64,000 nucleotides of DNA from Eledone cirrhosa (GCA_964016885.1 OZ024761.1:1488001-1552000); one strand, 5' to 3'; positions 39,224 through 59,227 are shown, counted from the first letter of the stretch. Made by a program: numbers and translations. Notes: generated by a model not told the origin, from the letters alone.

Positions 39224-39229
39224 TTTATT
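39224..39229 (-). terminator. Candidate poly(A) signal AATAAA of MRPL47
   Basis: First minus-strand AATAAA, ~90 nt after the stop at 39320. Confidence 0.5.
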
Positions 39230-39319
39230 CATAATAATACATACAATATATATATACAATATATATATATATATATATATATAGTATGTGTGTATAAACT
39301 ATGTATGTTATATATAGAA

Positions 39320-39773
39320 TCAAATACTTTGTTTTTGTTCTTCACTCTCAAGTTGTAGATGAGGGAATGCTTGTTTCAGTTGTCTCTCGTATGCTCGCCT
39401 CTTCCTTTCTCGATTCTTTTCTAACCATCGTTGTTTTTCAAAGTATAACGACATATACTTGGACATACCTTTCATGTAAGGAGTGTGTAGTAGCCTATAT
39501 TTCCGATTCATCCAATATGGAACTGCGTGTTCCCTCAGTCTACGCTTATACTTTAGTCCTAAGAAGTTACGTATCATTTTGTATTGTGGTTGCGAGGATT
39601 TGCCTGTCTCTAGGAGACTGAAGGCATCATCTCGTTCAGCTACTATTTCTAGAATGTTCTGCATGCTTTCATCAACTTTAAATAGACGTTCAGGATTTGG
39701 GAACAGCTCTGCCTTCCGCGTGTACTCGGCTTCCATTGTCATTAGCACATTACGTTCTTTCAAAAGGATGTAC
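39320..39773 (-). CDS. MRPL47: Mitochondrial ribosomal protein L47 (uL29m), coding exon 4
   Basis: Acceptor TCTCTTTGTAG; (W)YILLKERNVLMTME...FPNPERLFKVDESMQNILEIVAERDDAFSLLETG is the uL29m signature. Confidence 0.93.
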
Positions 39774-40244
39774 CTACAAAGAGAACACAGAAAAGTCATC
39801 ATCATCATTTTTATTTCAACATTTCTATGCCTAGCATGGGTTGGACAGGACATTTTGAGACAATGCTTTTAAAGCTGGATCTCCTTCCTCAAAACCAATC
39901 ACCATTTACAACATGCAGGGACTGAAATATGAAGTTACCAATCCCCCTGACACACCAACCATGTGGTACTGACATTACGTGACACGCCAACCATGTAGTA
40001 CTGACGTCACACGAGACACCAACCAGATCATACATGGAGCAGTGATGTAGTCAGGAGAAAAATAAGGTCTACAATAGACAACTTAGACCTTTTAGCATTT
40101 ACATTACTCTATATTTACTATTGTATTTTCACAGTACATGCTTTACCTCACATAATTATCTCACATATGAAGTCTATGAAACTTTGATATTATTTAATTT
40201 GAGAACAATACCTTAACACCATTATGAGCGGCCGGTTATGGCCA

Positions 40245-41506
40245 ATTTGAACAGAAAGAGTGATAGAATTCTGGTCGGTTTGAATAGAAAGAGGTGATAG
40301 AATTATGGCTGGTTTGAACAGAAAGAGGTGATAGAATTATGGCTGGTTTGAATAAAAAGAGGTGAGAGAATTATGGCTGGTTTGAATAGAAAGAGGTGAT
40401 AGAATTATGGCTGGTTTGAATAAAAAGAGGTGAGAGAATTATGGCTGGTTTGAATAGAAAGAGGTGAGAGAATTCTGGTCGGTTTGAATAGAAAGAGGTG
40501 ATAGAATTATGGTTGGTTTGAACAGAAAGAGGTGATAGAATTATGGCTGGTTTGAACAGAAAGAGGTGATAGAATTATGGCTGGTTTGAACAGAAAGAGG
40601 TGATAGAATTATGGCTGGTTTGAATAAAAAGAGGTGAGAGAATTATGACTGGTTTGAACAGAAAGAGGTGATAGAATTATGGCCGGTTTGAATAAAAAGA
40701 GGTGAGAGAATTATGGCTGGTTTGAACGGAAAGAGGTGAAAGAATTATGGCTGGTTTGAACAGAAAGAGGTGATAGAATTATGGCTGGTTTGAATAAAAA
40801 GAGGTGAGAGAATTATGACTGGTTTGAACAGAAAGAGGTGATAGAATTATGGCCGGTTTGAACAGAAAGAGGTGAGAGAATTCTGGCCGGTTTGAACAGA
40901 AAGAGGTGATAGAATTATGGCTGGTTTGAACAGAAAGAGGTGAGAGAATTCTGGCCGGTTTGAACAGAAAGAGGTGATAGAATTATGGCCGGTTTGAACA
41001 GAAAGAGGTGATAGAATTATGGCTGGTTTGAACAGAAAGAGGTGATAGAATTATGGCTGGTTTGAATAGAAAGAGGTGATAGAATTATGGCTGGTTTGAA
41101 CAGAAAGAGGTGATAGAATTATGGCTGGTTTGAATAAAAAGAGGTGAGAGAATTATGGCTGGTTTGAATAGAAAGAGGTGATAGAATTATGGCTGGTTTG
41201 AATAAAAAGAGGTGAGAGAATTATGGCTGGTTTGAATAGAAAGAGGTGATAGAATTATGGCTGGTTTGAATAAAAAGAGGTGAGAGAATTATGGCTGGTT
41301 TGAACGGAAAGAGGTGAAAGAATTATGGCTGGTTTGAACAGAAAGAGGTGATAGAATTATGGCTGGTTTGAATAAAAAGAGGTGAGAGAATTATGGCTGG
41401 TTTGAACAGAAAGAGGTGATAGAATTCTGGCCGGTTTGAACGGAAAGAGGTGAGAGAATTATGGCTGGTTTGAACAGAAAGAGGTGAGAGAATTATGGCC
41501 GGTTTA
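40245..41506. repeat. 34-bp minisatellite (~37 copies) expanded inside a piggyBac-type MITE (40083-41522), MRPL47 intron 3
   Basis: Unit GGTTTGAACAGAAAGAGGTGATAGAATTATGGCT; a single-copy homologue is present in the MITEs at 22887, 30580 and 61452. Confidence 0.95.
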
Positions 41507-41528
41507 AATGTTAAAAGGTTAAACTCAC

Positions 41529-41589
41529 CATAATTTGTGTAGGTCTTCGTTACTTTTTAGTCTTAACTCCTCCAAATGCCATGGACGTC
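41529..41589 (-). CDS. MRPL47: MRPL47 coding exon 3
   Basis: TTCAG|GACGTCC...TTATG|GTGAGT; (G)RPWHLEELRLKSNEDLHKL(W); phases 1 to 2 fit both neighbours. Confidence 0.93.
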
Positions 41590-41893
41590 CTGAATACATG
41601 AAACATAAAAGACAGTCGTTTAACTTCACTGCACACTTACAAATATGGCCCCACTATCAACTTATGTTGCGATAGATACTGGTGTATGTGTTGGTATGGA
41701 TACTGGTGTGAGAGTGTATGTTGGTATAGATACTGCTGTGTGTGTGTTGGTATGGATACTGGTGTGTGAGTGTGTGTTGGTATAGATACTGGTGTGCGGC
41801 ACTGGAACATGGCTGATGTACCACCACACCACACAGTATGACTGAAGCTAAATCCATGTTTGTCAAGGTAATTCCATCTCTAGATATACTTAC

Positions 41894-42006
41894 CAGTTTT
41901 GATGTTTTCTTTGGCCCAGTTGCTTTTGTCATCAAAAAATTCCATGAGATTAGAAGATGGTAGAGAAGTGGAAAAAGTCCTAACAGAGATTTGGTGGCAC
42001 CAGTTC
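41894..42006 (-). CDS. MRPL47: MRPL47 coding exon 2
   Basis: TGTAG|GAAC...ACTG|GTAAGT; NWCHQISVRTFSTSLPSSNLMEFFDDKSNWAKENIKT(G) contains the LxEFFD..NW motif. Confidence 0.88.
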
Positions 42007-43400
42007 CTACATTAAATGAGAAATCACAGAAAGATGAAACACCATATATGGTTTTGTAATGCATTTAAGATCATAACAACATCCCTGGGCACCTTTTTTT
42101 AATTCCATGTGTCTAACACACATGGATATGCCTACAAAGTCAGAAAACAGCACAGCTCGGAGTTACTGAAACAAACTACCTGCATCAGTTGTTAGCTGTT
42201 GGAGCAATGCATCCTTTAAAACCTCCATGCTCCTTGAAATTTGCCAACACTACACCTCATATTACCCCTTCCATACACACACACTCACGTGTCTGTGTGT
42301 ATATCATGACTCATACACTGTTCACTTTCCTCACATTTGTACATTATTCTATGTACTATATAGGCAACTTTAATGAGTTATAGTGCACCTGAACACTGTA
42401 CACAATAATTTCATTATTATTGGTGGATTGGCAGTATCGGTAGAGGGTCGGGCGCCATGCTTTGATGCATAGAGTTATGGCCCTTGACATTCTGAGTTCA
42501 AATCCCACTGAGGTTAACTTTGTCTTTCATCCTTACGGGGTCGATAAAATAAAGTACCAGTAATGCACTGAGATAATTGCTGGCCTTGTGCCAAAAGTAG
42601 AAACAAATATTATTATAGTGTCTTTGGTGCCAGAAATACGTTATTCTAATCACTGACAAACAAAATCCCTGCGAGTTCTTACCAACCAGCCTCGGTCAAT
42701 AGTGACTCCAGTTAAGAGGAAATTTAATGTACAGTCTAGAAATACATTAGAAGTAAAACACGAGCCTTAGAACGAGGTGAAATGTCCCTTATAATCCACT
42801 ATGGCAGTCTGTGTGGATTATTTCATTGAAATTTCTTTTACTCTTTGGTATTTAAAATGTGTTTACCTTATGGTTTAAATTAAAATAATAAGAGACAAAC
42901 AAAAACATATTAATATAAATGTATAATTTGTTAGACATGTTTTATTCTTTCAAAAGGCTGCAAAGCATCTACCGATACTGCCAATCCACCGTCCTAATAA
43001 TAAGAATAATCGTTTCTACTTTAGGCACAAGGCCAGCAATTACCCAGTGCATTACTGGTACTTTGTTTTATCGACCCCGTAAGGATGAAAGGCAAAGTCA
43101 ACCTCGGCGGGATTTGAACTCAGATCGTAAAGGGACGTAACTATGCTGGAAAGCATGGCGTCCGACCCTCTACCGATACTGCCAATCCACCGTCCTAATA
43201 ATAATAATAATGACCAGGAACGAAATATCAATATAACTTCATTATGTTTATTCATGTGTGATGCGTGATTCGCGATGGATCACCTCAACACACGATTGGT
43301 ATTGATCACACTCGACTCTAAAATATCCCATCCGATTCAACGGGTTGATTGCGTATATACACGTTAGTGTTAACCACGCGTATGTGTGTCTTTATACAAA

Positions 43401-49176
<5,776 letters not shown>

Positions 49177-49184
49177 TATGTATG

Positions 49185-49542
<358 letters not shown>

Positions 49543-49728
49543 TGTATGTATATATGTATATATGTATGTATATATGTATATATATATGTATATATGTATA
49601 TATATATGTATATATGTATATATATATGTATATATGTATATATATATGTATATATGTATATATATATGTATATATGTATATATATATGTATATATGTATA
49701 TATATATGTATATATGTATATATATATG

Positions 49729-49813
<85 letters not shown>

Positions 49814-49846
49814 ATATATATGTATATATATATATATATGTATATA

Positions 49847-49915
<69 letters not shown>

Positions 49916-49934
49916 GTATATATATATGTATATA

Positions 49935-49980
<46 letters not shown>

Positions 49981-49985
<5 letters not shown>

Positions 49986-50148
49986 CATAGTTAAGAAAGC
50001 CACAACAATGCAGAGGGGAATCTCGAGGTAGGAAGTGAATGATAGATAGGAGAAACAGGTGAAAGTGAAAATTGAGAGGGACAAAGATGAAAACAAAACA
50101 AAGGTAGAAGGGTTACCGTAGTGGAGATTTAATCCCAATATGTATATG

Positions 50149-50205
<57 letters not shown>

Positions 50206-50537
50206 GTATATGTATATATTTCGTTTCTGAATTTGTTTAGCAAGATTCTTTATCTGAAATCGTGTGTTGAAACCGATATTGTTATACTTTGGGAGGGTCA
50301 TGTTGCCAATAAGAAACACACGCACCAGTTGCTTTCACTTCAATTTAATTTAATATATATTTATAAATTTACAAATTTATAAATATATATTAAATTAAAT
50401 TGAAGTGAAAGCAACTGGTGCGTGTGTTTCTTATTGGCAACATGACCCTCCCAAAGTATAACAATATCGGTTTCAACACACGATTTCAGATAAAGAATCT
50501 TGCTAAACAAATTCAGAAACGAAATATATACATATAC

Positions 50538-50581
<44 letters not shown>

Positions 50582-50736
50582 ATATTGGGATTAAATCTCC
50601 ACTACGGTAACCCTTCTACCTTTGTTTGTTTTCATCTTTGTCCCTCTCAATTTTCACTTTCACCTGTTTCTCCTATCTATCATTCACTTCCTACCTCGAG
50701 ATTCCCCTCTGCATTGTTGTGGCTTTCTTAACTACG

Positions 50737-50742
<6 letters not shown>
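49981..50742. repeat. Palindrome centred at 50371-50372, built from PLE pseudo-LTR tail plus a second repeat
   Basis: 50221-50370 mirrors 50373-50523; 49981-50140 mirrors 50583-50742. Confidence 0.9.
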
Positions 50743-50781
<39 letters not shown>

Positions 50782-50983
50782 CATATATATATATACATAT
50801 ATTCTATATACACATATATATATACACATATATATACATATGCATATATATACATATGCATATATACACATATGCATATATACACATATGCATATATACA
50901 CATATGCATATATACACATATATATATATACACATATATATATATACACATATATATATATACACATATATATATATACACAT

Positions 50984-51068
<85 letters not shown>

Positions 51069-51303
51069 TATCTATACACATATATATACATATATATCTA
51101 TACACATATATATACATATATATCTATACACATATATATACATATATATCTATACACATATATATACATATATATCTATACACATATATATACATATATA
51201 TCTATACACATATATATACATATATATCTATACACATATATACACATATATATATATACATATATATATATACACATATATATATATACATATATATATA
51301 TAC

Positions 51304-51446
<143 letters not shown>

Positions 51447-51663
51447 CATATATATATATACATATATATATACATATATACATATATACATATATACATA
51501 CATATATACATACATACATATATGTATATATACATATATATATATATACATATATACATACATATATACATACATATATACATATATACATACATATATA
51601 TATATACATATATATATATACATATATATACATACATATATATATACATACATATATATATAC

Positions 51664-51702
<39 letters not shown>

Positions 51703-51737
51703 CATATATATATATATACATATATATATATACATAT

Positions 51738-54533
51738 ATTACCAGAAGACGTGACAGAGTGTCTGTTGTTAACACTAAATCCCTCCCCCATGAAGAATGC
51801 ACCTCCCAACATAGACTGATAATTAGCGACCTCATAGTCAGGACGAGACGTACTCGACAACAGAAGAGGACTATCCTCAGGAGGAAAATATGGAAGCTAA
51901 AGGACCCCACAGCCAGGAATAAATTTCAAAGCATATTACTTGATGCTTTCGACAGTAAGGAAGAACATTTAGAGTCGGACAATATAGAGGGAGAGTGGGA
52001 ATTTCTGAAAGCAAACCTGCTGTTGGCGACAGACGAGGTCTGTGGCTGGAGCAGGCCTGTAGGCAGGAGGAGAGTAACATGGTGGTGGAACAGTAAGGTG
52101 GAGGGGTCAATTAAGGCCAAAAAGCAGGCTTGGAAAGTATGGCGGGATGGGGGAAGTAGAGAGGACTATCAAGTGGCCAGGAGGGAAGCTAGGAGACAAG
52201 TGTACATAGCAAGAAGGGAAGCTGAGGAAAGAAAGTTCAAGCATGTTCTACAACGCGATGACCAAAAACGTGAGGTGTTCAGGATTGCTAGGCAATGCGT
52301 CAAGGAAAACCGTGATATTGTCGGGGAGAAGTGTGTACTAAACGACGATGGCACACTTGCCATCACCGACGCTGATAAGAAGGTAGCTTGGAAGTGTCAC
52401 TATGAAAGGCTTCTAAATGAGGAGAATAATTGGGAGAAAGGCAGTCTCCCCCATATCGACCCAATAGAGGGACCAGCAGTGTTAGTCGAGGGGAGTATAA
52501 TAAGTAAGGCAATCAAGGATATGAAGACTGGTAAGGCGGCTGGGCCTTCGGAAATAGTTGCTGAGATGCTGAAGGCATCTGGCACGGTGGGACACACCAT
52601 GGTCACCCGCATAGTTAACCAAGTCGTACAAAACGGGGTTGTTCCGAAGGACTGGCATAGCAGCATCATCGTTAACTGTTATAAGGGTAAAGGAGACGCC
52701 CTAGATAGGAGTAACTATAGAGGCATTAAATTAATCGACCAGGTCATGAAGGTCACGGAAAGAGTAATAGCGCAACTAATCAGAGAGAGAATTGACCTAG
52801 ATGAAATGCAGTTCGGGTTTGTGTCAGGCAAAAGTACCACAGACGCTCTTTTCATAGTACGACAACTACAAGAGAAGTACCTAGCTAAAGGTAAACCCCT
52901 CTACTTAGCTTTTGTCGACTTGGAGAAAGCCTTCGACAGAGTCCCCCGCTCCATTATCTGGTGGGCTCTTAGAAAACTAGGCGTTGACGAATGGCTTGTG
53001 AGGGCTATACAAGCCATGTATAAAGAAACAGTCAGCAAGGTTAGAATTAACAACGAATATAGTGAAGAGTTTAGCGTAAAAGTCGGCGTCCATCAGGGCT
53101 CTGTTCTCAGTCCACTACTATTTATTATTGCCCTTCAGGCCATAACAGAGGAGTTCAAGACAGGCTGCCCATGGGAACTCCTATACGCAGACGACCTGAC
53201 ACTCATAGCGGAATCAATGGCCGAGCTAGAGAAGAAATTCCAAACATGGAAGCACGGCCTAGAGTCAAAAGGACTTAAAATTAACCTGGCTAAGACCAAA
53301 GTACTAGTTTGTAGGAAAGAAAACAAGGCGGCGGTCCCTTCTGGGAAATGGTCGTGCTCGGTGTGTAGGAAAGGCGTAGGTAGAAACTCCATTTTATGTC
53401 CTAAATGCAAAGTATGGGTGCATAAAAGATGTAGTGGGATCACAGGTAGGCTAACTAAGAACATAGATTTTACATGTGGCCGGTGCTCTGGTGCAATAAG
53501 TAGCAGCAAGTGCCCACAAACTACTAGCTCTTTCAATTGCGCAGAGGGTTCTATAGAAATAGTGGACAGCTTCCGTTACCTGGGCGATAAAATCAGCAGT
53601 GGGGGAGGGTGCTCTGAAAGTACTGTAGCTAGAGTCAGAACTGGTTGGAAAAAGTTCAGAGAGCTTATACCACTATTAGCTGCTAAAGGGTTCTCACTAA
53701 AAATGAAAGGCAGGTTGTACGATGCCTGCATACGAACAGCAATGCTGCATGGCAGTGAGACCTGGGCATTGTGTGCAGAGGATATACGCAGACTAGAGAG
53801 GAACGAAGCTTGCATGCTCCGCTGGATGTGTAACAGTAATATACGTGAACGGCAAAGCATAAACGAACTAAGGAATAAATTAGAGATAAGAGGGATCAGA
53901 TGTTGTTTACTCGAGAGAAGGCTACGTTGGTATGGACACGTGATGCGCATGAAAGTCGATAGCTGTATAACAAAGTGCAGGGCAATAAAGATAGACGGTA
54001 GTCACGGAATAGGCAGACCTAGAAAAACCTGGGACGAGCTGATAAACTCCGACATCACACACTTACACCTCTCCAAGACAATGTCACTGGACCGAGACCT
54101 TTGGCGGTACTCAGTAACAGAGAAGACCCGCCTTACCTAAATATATAGTAAAACCTACTCCAGCCAGTAGGCATCTCTAACAATACACCCCGTCCCACCA
54201 CCCCCACCCGATCCACACCACCCCGTTCTATGTAAAGTTATGTTGGTGCCGCGCCATCGAGGCCGAAACAAATGAGATCGTGTAGGTGTCACGACAAAAA
54301 AACACACAGTCCACGCTGTAATGTGGCCGTGTAGGCAACACGGTAAAAACCTCCCAGACCCACACTGTAAATGTGGTTGGTGTTAGGAAGGGCATCCAAC
54401 TGTAGAAAACCTGCCAGACAGTCCTATGCGAGCAAGACAATCACTCTTGCCTCAAGTGGGACTACCCCCGTCCAAACCCATGCAAGCGTGGAACACGGAC
54501 GTTAAACGTTGATGATGATGATGATGATGATGA
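51738..54533 (+). mobile_element. Young 5'-truncated RTE-clade LINE with uninterrupted ~800-codon ORF (to 54140), 3' UTR and (GAT)n tail
   Basis: APE C-terminus (SQHRLI), RT ([38 protein letters not shown]), PHD-like Cys cluster (CSVC..C.KC..WVHKRC..CGRC), [15 protein letters not shown]. Confidence 0.97.
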
Positions 54534-54839
54534 TATATACATACATATATATATACATACATATATATATACATATATATATACATTCAAATATATGATA
54601 AACACAAAACGTGTTTGCATTGCAACAGACAAAGTTAGCTATTAATGAAATAAACTAATTAAAGTGAATACAATTTGTCTGTCTCGATATAAGTCAATAA
54701 AGACAAGCTTATATTGGCAACGGCCATGATTCCTGGACAGATTTAAATTTCAAAATCAAAACCTGTTCCGTAGACGAATTTGAACCTCGAAAGTATACAC
54801 ATATATATATATATATATACATATATATATAAGTTGTAA

Positions 54840-55142
54840 TATAATGAAACAAAATTTCATTTCTCACTCTTAGTACGGCACTTACTTAAGTATACGTACA
54901 TACATATATGTATACAGTAGCATGCATATATATATATATATACATATATACATACAGGTACACATATATATATGTACGTATCAGTTTAGCGGACAAACGG
55001 ACAAAGCGGGCGTTATAATAAACGTCCGCTAAACTGATACGTACATATATATATGTGTACCTGTATGTATATATGTATATATATATATATATATATATGC
55101 ATGCTACTGTACGTTTGTATACATATATGTATGTACGTATAC
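54840..55142. mobile_element. Diverged fragment of the 433-bp retrozyme-like family, in inverted arrangement
   Basis: The minus strand carries CCGTACTAAGAGTGAGAAATGAAATTTTGTTTCATT, identical to ~7795-7830. The plus strand carries the TTATAATAAA hairpin homologue. Confidence 0.75.
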
Positions 55143-55146
55143 GATA

Positions 55147-55760
55147 TGTCAGGTCACCAGTTGGTGCTACTGGTAACATGTATCCCAGTACAACCTGTCT
55201 CATGGTCGGGTCGTTGGCGACTAAACTGGCAACCCCACCAAGGTTTCTCGGTGAGGAGGGTGACTTTGGACATCCTGCAGGACTAAAAACAAAACCTGTC
55301 AAAAGGGCAAAGGAGCTCTTAAGAGTCAATGGCCATCCAAAATCACCGGGAGAGATGACCCCTTAGCCTTTGTCAAGGCAGAATTCTAGGAGAAGGAAAA
55401 CTCTGATATAACACCTGCAACTCTGATGGTATCCAATGATGTTGACATGTTCTTCTTTTTGGTAAATATCATCTCGGTTAAGAGAGTGGGACTGGCTTTG
55501 TGCAGTGCCTTTGCTCACTATAAAAGCTTCACGGCACAGGCATTGCTTTATATCTGGAGATCTCTCTGCACTTGTCGTCACATGGTACCATGGGCCCAGC
55601 ACTATGTGTCAATAATTGTCACAAGTGTAGTGTTTGTACCAGAGTTTTCAAGTCGCTGGCTGGACTGAAAAGTCACACTCGTTCAGCGCATCGGTAGGAG
55701 TTCTCCTACATGGATATAAAGTAGTGGCCGTACTCGAAAACGAGTTGGCAGCCACCATGT
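55147..55760. mobile_element. Probable RTEX-type 5' UTR / endonuclease-start remnants
   Basis: CTAGGAGAAGGAAAACTCTGA motif recalled from RTEX 5' regions; weak minus-strand VNIIGYHQ similarity to an APE start. Confidence 0.35.
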
Positions 55761-56014
55761 ACGTATACATACATACTTACATATATATATACATATATAT
55801 ATATATACACACATATATATACACACATATATATATACATATATATATATATACACATATATATATATATACATATATATACACATATATATATATACAC
55901 ATATATATATATACACATATATATATATATATACATATATATACACACATATATATATACACATATATATATATACACATATATATATATATATACACAT
56001 ATATATATATACAC

Positions 56015-56045
<31 letters not shown>

Positions 56046-56048
56046 CAC

Positions 56049-56083
<35 letters not shown>

Positions 56084-56659
56084 CGGCATTGGTTAAGTTT
56101 AACGTCCTCGAAAATGAAACTAGGTTTTCTGACAAGTGAATGTGTTTTTTTTTTTTTTTTTACAATGAAATTTACGATACACTCTTTGTTTATTTACAAC
56201 AGGTCTCTATAGTGATATGGTGTTAATTAGTAGTGCGTGTGTGATTATTTTCTCTTATATATATATGTGTGGGTGTGTATATGTGTCTATATATATGTGT
56301 GTCTGTATGTATATATATATGTGTGTTTGTATATATATATGTGTTTGTGTCATCATCATCGTTTACATGTTTTTACCCAAATCCCTTATCATTCTCTGTC
56401 CTTCTTATGACCCGGCTTTAATTTGTTTATAGTTGGTGCCAACTTTGGCAAGATATTACAAAAACATCTAAACGATGATGATGACACAAACACACATATA
56501 TATACAAACACACATATATATATACATACAAACACACATATATATATATAAGAGAAAATAATCACACACGCAATACTGTAAAAAAAAAAAAAAAAACACA
56601 TTCACTTGTCAGAAAACCTAGTTTCATTTTCGAGGACGTTAAACTTAACCTATGCCTAC

Positions 56660-56740
<81 letters not shown>

Positions 56741-56797
56741 CACATATATATATATACACATATACATATATTTATATATACACACATATATATATAT

Positions 56798-56856
<59 letters not shown>

Positions 56857-56923
56857 TATACATATGTGTGTGATTCATCGACTCTAATATATCAATATGT
56901 ATAGATGAGAAATGTTTACTTAC

Positions 56924-57117
56924 GATGATCGCTGACAGGAAATGTGCGATTGATGAGATAAACACGAAGTTGTTGTTGCTGTGTTAAATGTCTGTAACAG
57001 TTGTAGACTTCTACTAGCACTACTATTACTACCTGTGTGTACTGAAGCTAGAGATAATGTCCTAAGTTGTGTAGTCAGTTGGGTTAAATAACCAGTGCGG
57101 AAAGACCGAGAGAGCAT
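56924..57117 (-). CDS. MRPL47: MRPL47 coding exon 1 (mitochondrial targeting peptide)
   Basis: [25 protein letters not shown]... is S/T/R/L-rich with no acidic residues. Donor TC|GTAAGT is phase 2, matching exon 2. Total CDS 822 nt. Confidence 0.75.
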
Positions 57118-58413
57118 CGTGCTAAAGTCAACCTTGATGCAAGGACGACCAGATTGAATATAAGTACTTTCCTTACATAGGTGCGCCAAGGACGTTAACT
57201 CCCGTTGAATATTTATCACAATTATCTCCCTTCCCAAAACTAATTTTTTTCTCTTTCTTTCTCTCTCTGTAACAGGGCACTCGAACTCAATCACACAAAA
57301 GGGTCATTACGTCCTGTGCGAGTGTCACAGCGGGTCAAACGTGAGATCAGGGGTGGGAAAGGGACGTGATGTCAACCAGTTATAATGCTAATCTGCAATA
57401 CAGCTGACAGGCTGCTATTTATTATGTTTTATCAAAATTTTGAGTTCAAATCCCGCCGAGGTTGACTTTGCCTTTCATCCTTACGGGGTCGATAAAATAA
57501 AGTACCAGTAATGCACTGGGTAATTGCTGGCCTTGTGCCTAAAGTAGAAACAATTATGTTTTATCAAAATATGCACCCATTTGATAGTATGTGGGATATA
57601 ATTCCGTTTTCACTTTTGATAAAGTCCATTTTTTCTTCTTCATTTTATTGGATTTTATGGATTAATTACAATAAATTGTACAATAAATAAATGTTATTAA
57701 AAAAGGGAAAATGTAAGGAATGTGCTCTGAAAATCAATAATAAATATTATTTAAACAGGAGTTAACACCGGGAATTTACTTAATTATTCAAGATACGCAG
57801 GGTGTTCTAAAAAACGTGTATACACTTTCATTACTTGTACAGGCAATGTACACACACACACACACACACATGCAGAGAGAGAGAGAGGGAGAGACAGACA
57901 GAGTTTCGTTGACAAGTATATCAATGTGACCAGACACGCAGATATATTGCCCTTGGTATGACAGTGTGGTTTTAGCTCAAAGTAGGATAACTAGTATACT
58001 ACAGAGCCGTTATAAGTGTATTTGCACTGCTTGTGCTTTGATGTATCTATGCTTTGCATTGTTTTGTTTTTTTCTGGTATTTTGTGTTTTTTTTTTTTGT
58101 TTTTTTATTGTTTTTGATCATGCTGAGTAACACCTTCACTCATTCCTTGCTACCACCTCCTAACCTCCTTATCATCTATTGCACCAGTTATGTGATACAT
58201 TGTTGATGTAATTTTTTATGACATTATGTGCGTCATGTATTGTGTCTTTTTCTATATAGCGCTGGCCTCGGGACCCCACTACTGGTCCTTTAACCTTGTT
58301 CTGGTGACGAAGCTTGATGGAGCATGCAACTATTGATATACTCTTGTTTATAGGCTCTGATGATTCCTGCCAGCTAATAAAACAATGTATTTCTAAGCAC
58401 TCTGGTTATTCCT

Positions 58414-58446
<33 letters not shown>

Positions 58447-58760
58447 GGAACCAGTAAGACCCCGACAGCTGAGCTCAAGCCGTTTCGACGGCTAATTCTG
58501 GACTCAATTAGAGTCCAGAATTAGCCGTCGAAACGGCTTGAGCTCAGCTGTCGGGGTCTTACTGGTTCCTATTACCCACTCTACTACCTCAAGTATTGAG
58601 TACTTTGGTGCGTTTTGGTCCACCTGGTTCCTTACCACATTTCCTTCGTTATATATATATATATATATATATAAACTTTTTGTATTTTCATTGGTCAATT
58701 TGAACTCTGTTCCCAAACAGACATGTAATTTTGAATTGTTGTTATTATCAATAAATATAT

Positions 58761-58915
58761 TTCATTATTTCTGAAGACGGCATATATATGTGTTTGGTAT
58801 GTATATTTAATCTTGATAGTTTGTATAATTTTGTATAATTTTGTACATAGATCTGTTGAATATGCATGCCAATTCTAACACATATATATCCTAGAAACGA
58901 TCGTTAAATAATGAA
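58761..58915 (+). ncRNA. Type I hammerhead ribozyme with 116-nt stem II
   Basis: Perfect 10-bp stem I TTCATTATTT/AAATAATGAA; CTGAAGA 58771-58777; GAAA 58894-58897; palindromic stem III A-CGATCG-T. Confidence 0.78.
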
Positions 58916-59110
58916 CTTTTTTTGTTTAATATAAGGAACTGTTTCATTGTTTTATTCATTATTTTTTAAATATTTTATCTTGACTCTGTATTCCGTTTAT
59001 CTTTCACCGAAAGTGATATTTCATTGCATCTCTTCTTTCCATGATATCCGGATTACATTGAGTTCTTCATACGGATTGGACACTACCGTAAACTCTTGGT
59101 AGATTTATCT

Positions 59111-59141
<31 letters not shown>

Positions 59142-59227
59142 GAAAAATTGAACAGGGACAGAACAGAGAGGCAGTACGATAAATGTTTATTAAATTCACG
59201 CTCGGGAGAGTGGGGGGTAGGTGGGGG

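Noticed and set aside
19577-41506. Regular arrays (103, 40, 83 and 34 bp) as possible CRISPR-like loci
   Set aside because: Units are contiguous with no unique spacers, there are no cas genes and the context is eukaryotic; they are tandem satellites.
42673-42730. Alternative MRPL47 first exon ending at TTG|GTAAGA
   Set aside because: The frame needed for phase 2 has an in-frame TAA and no ATG. 56924-57117 fits the phase and encodes a targeting-like peptide.
50250-50280. CTGAAATCGTGTGTTGAAACCG as a hammerhead in the pseudo-LTR tail
   Set aside because: It lacks CUGANGA and convincing stems.
58304-58363. GTGACGA...CTGA as a box C/D snoRNA, or CTGATGA as an HHR
   Set aside because: No terminal stem, no recognisable guide and no GAAA partner; more likely a decayed retroelement 3' end.
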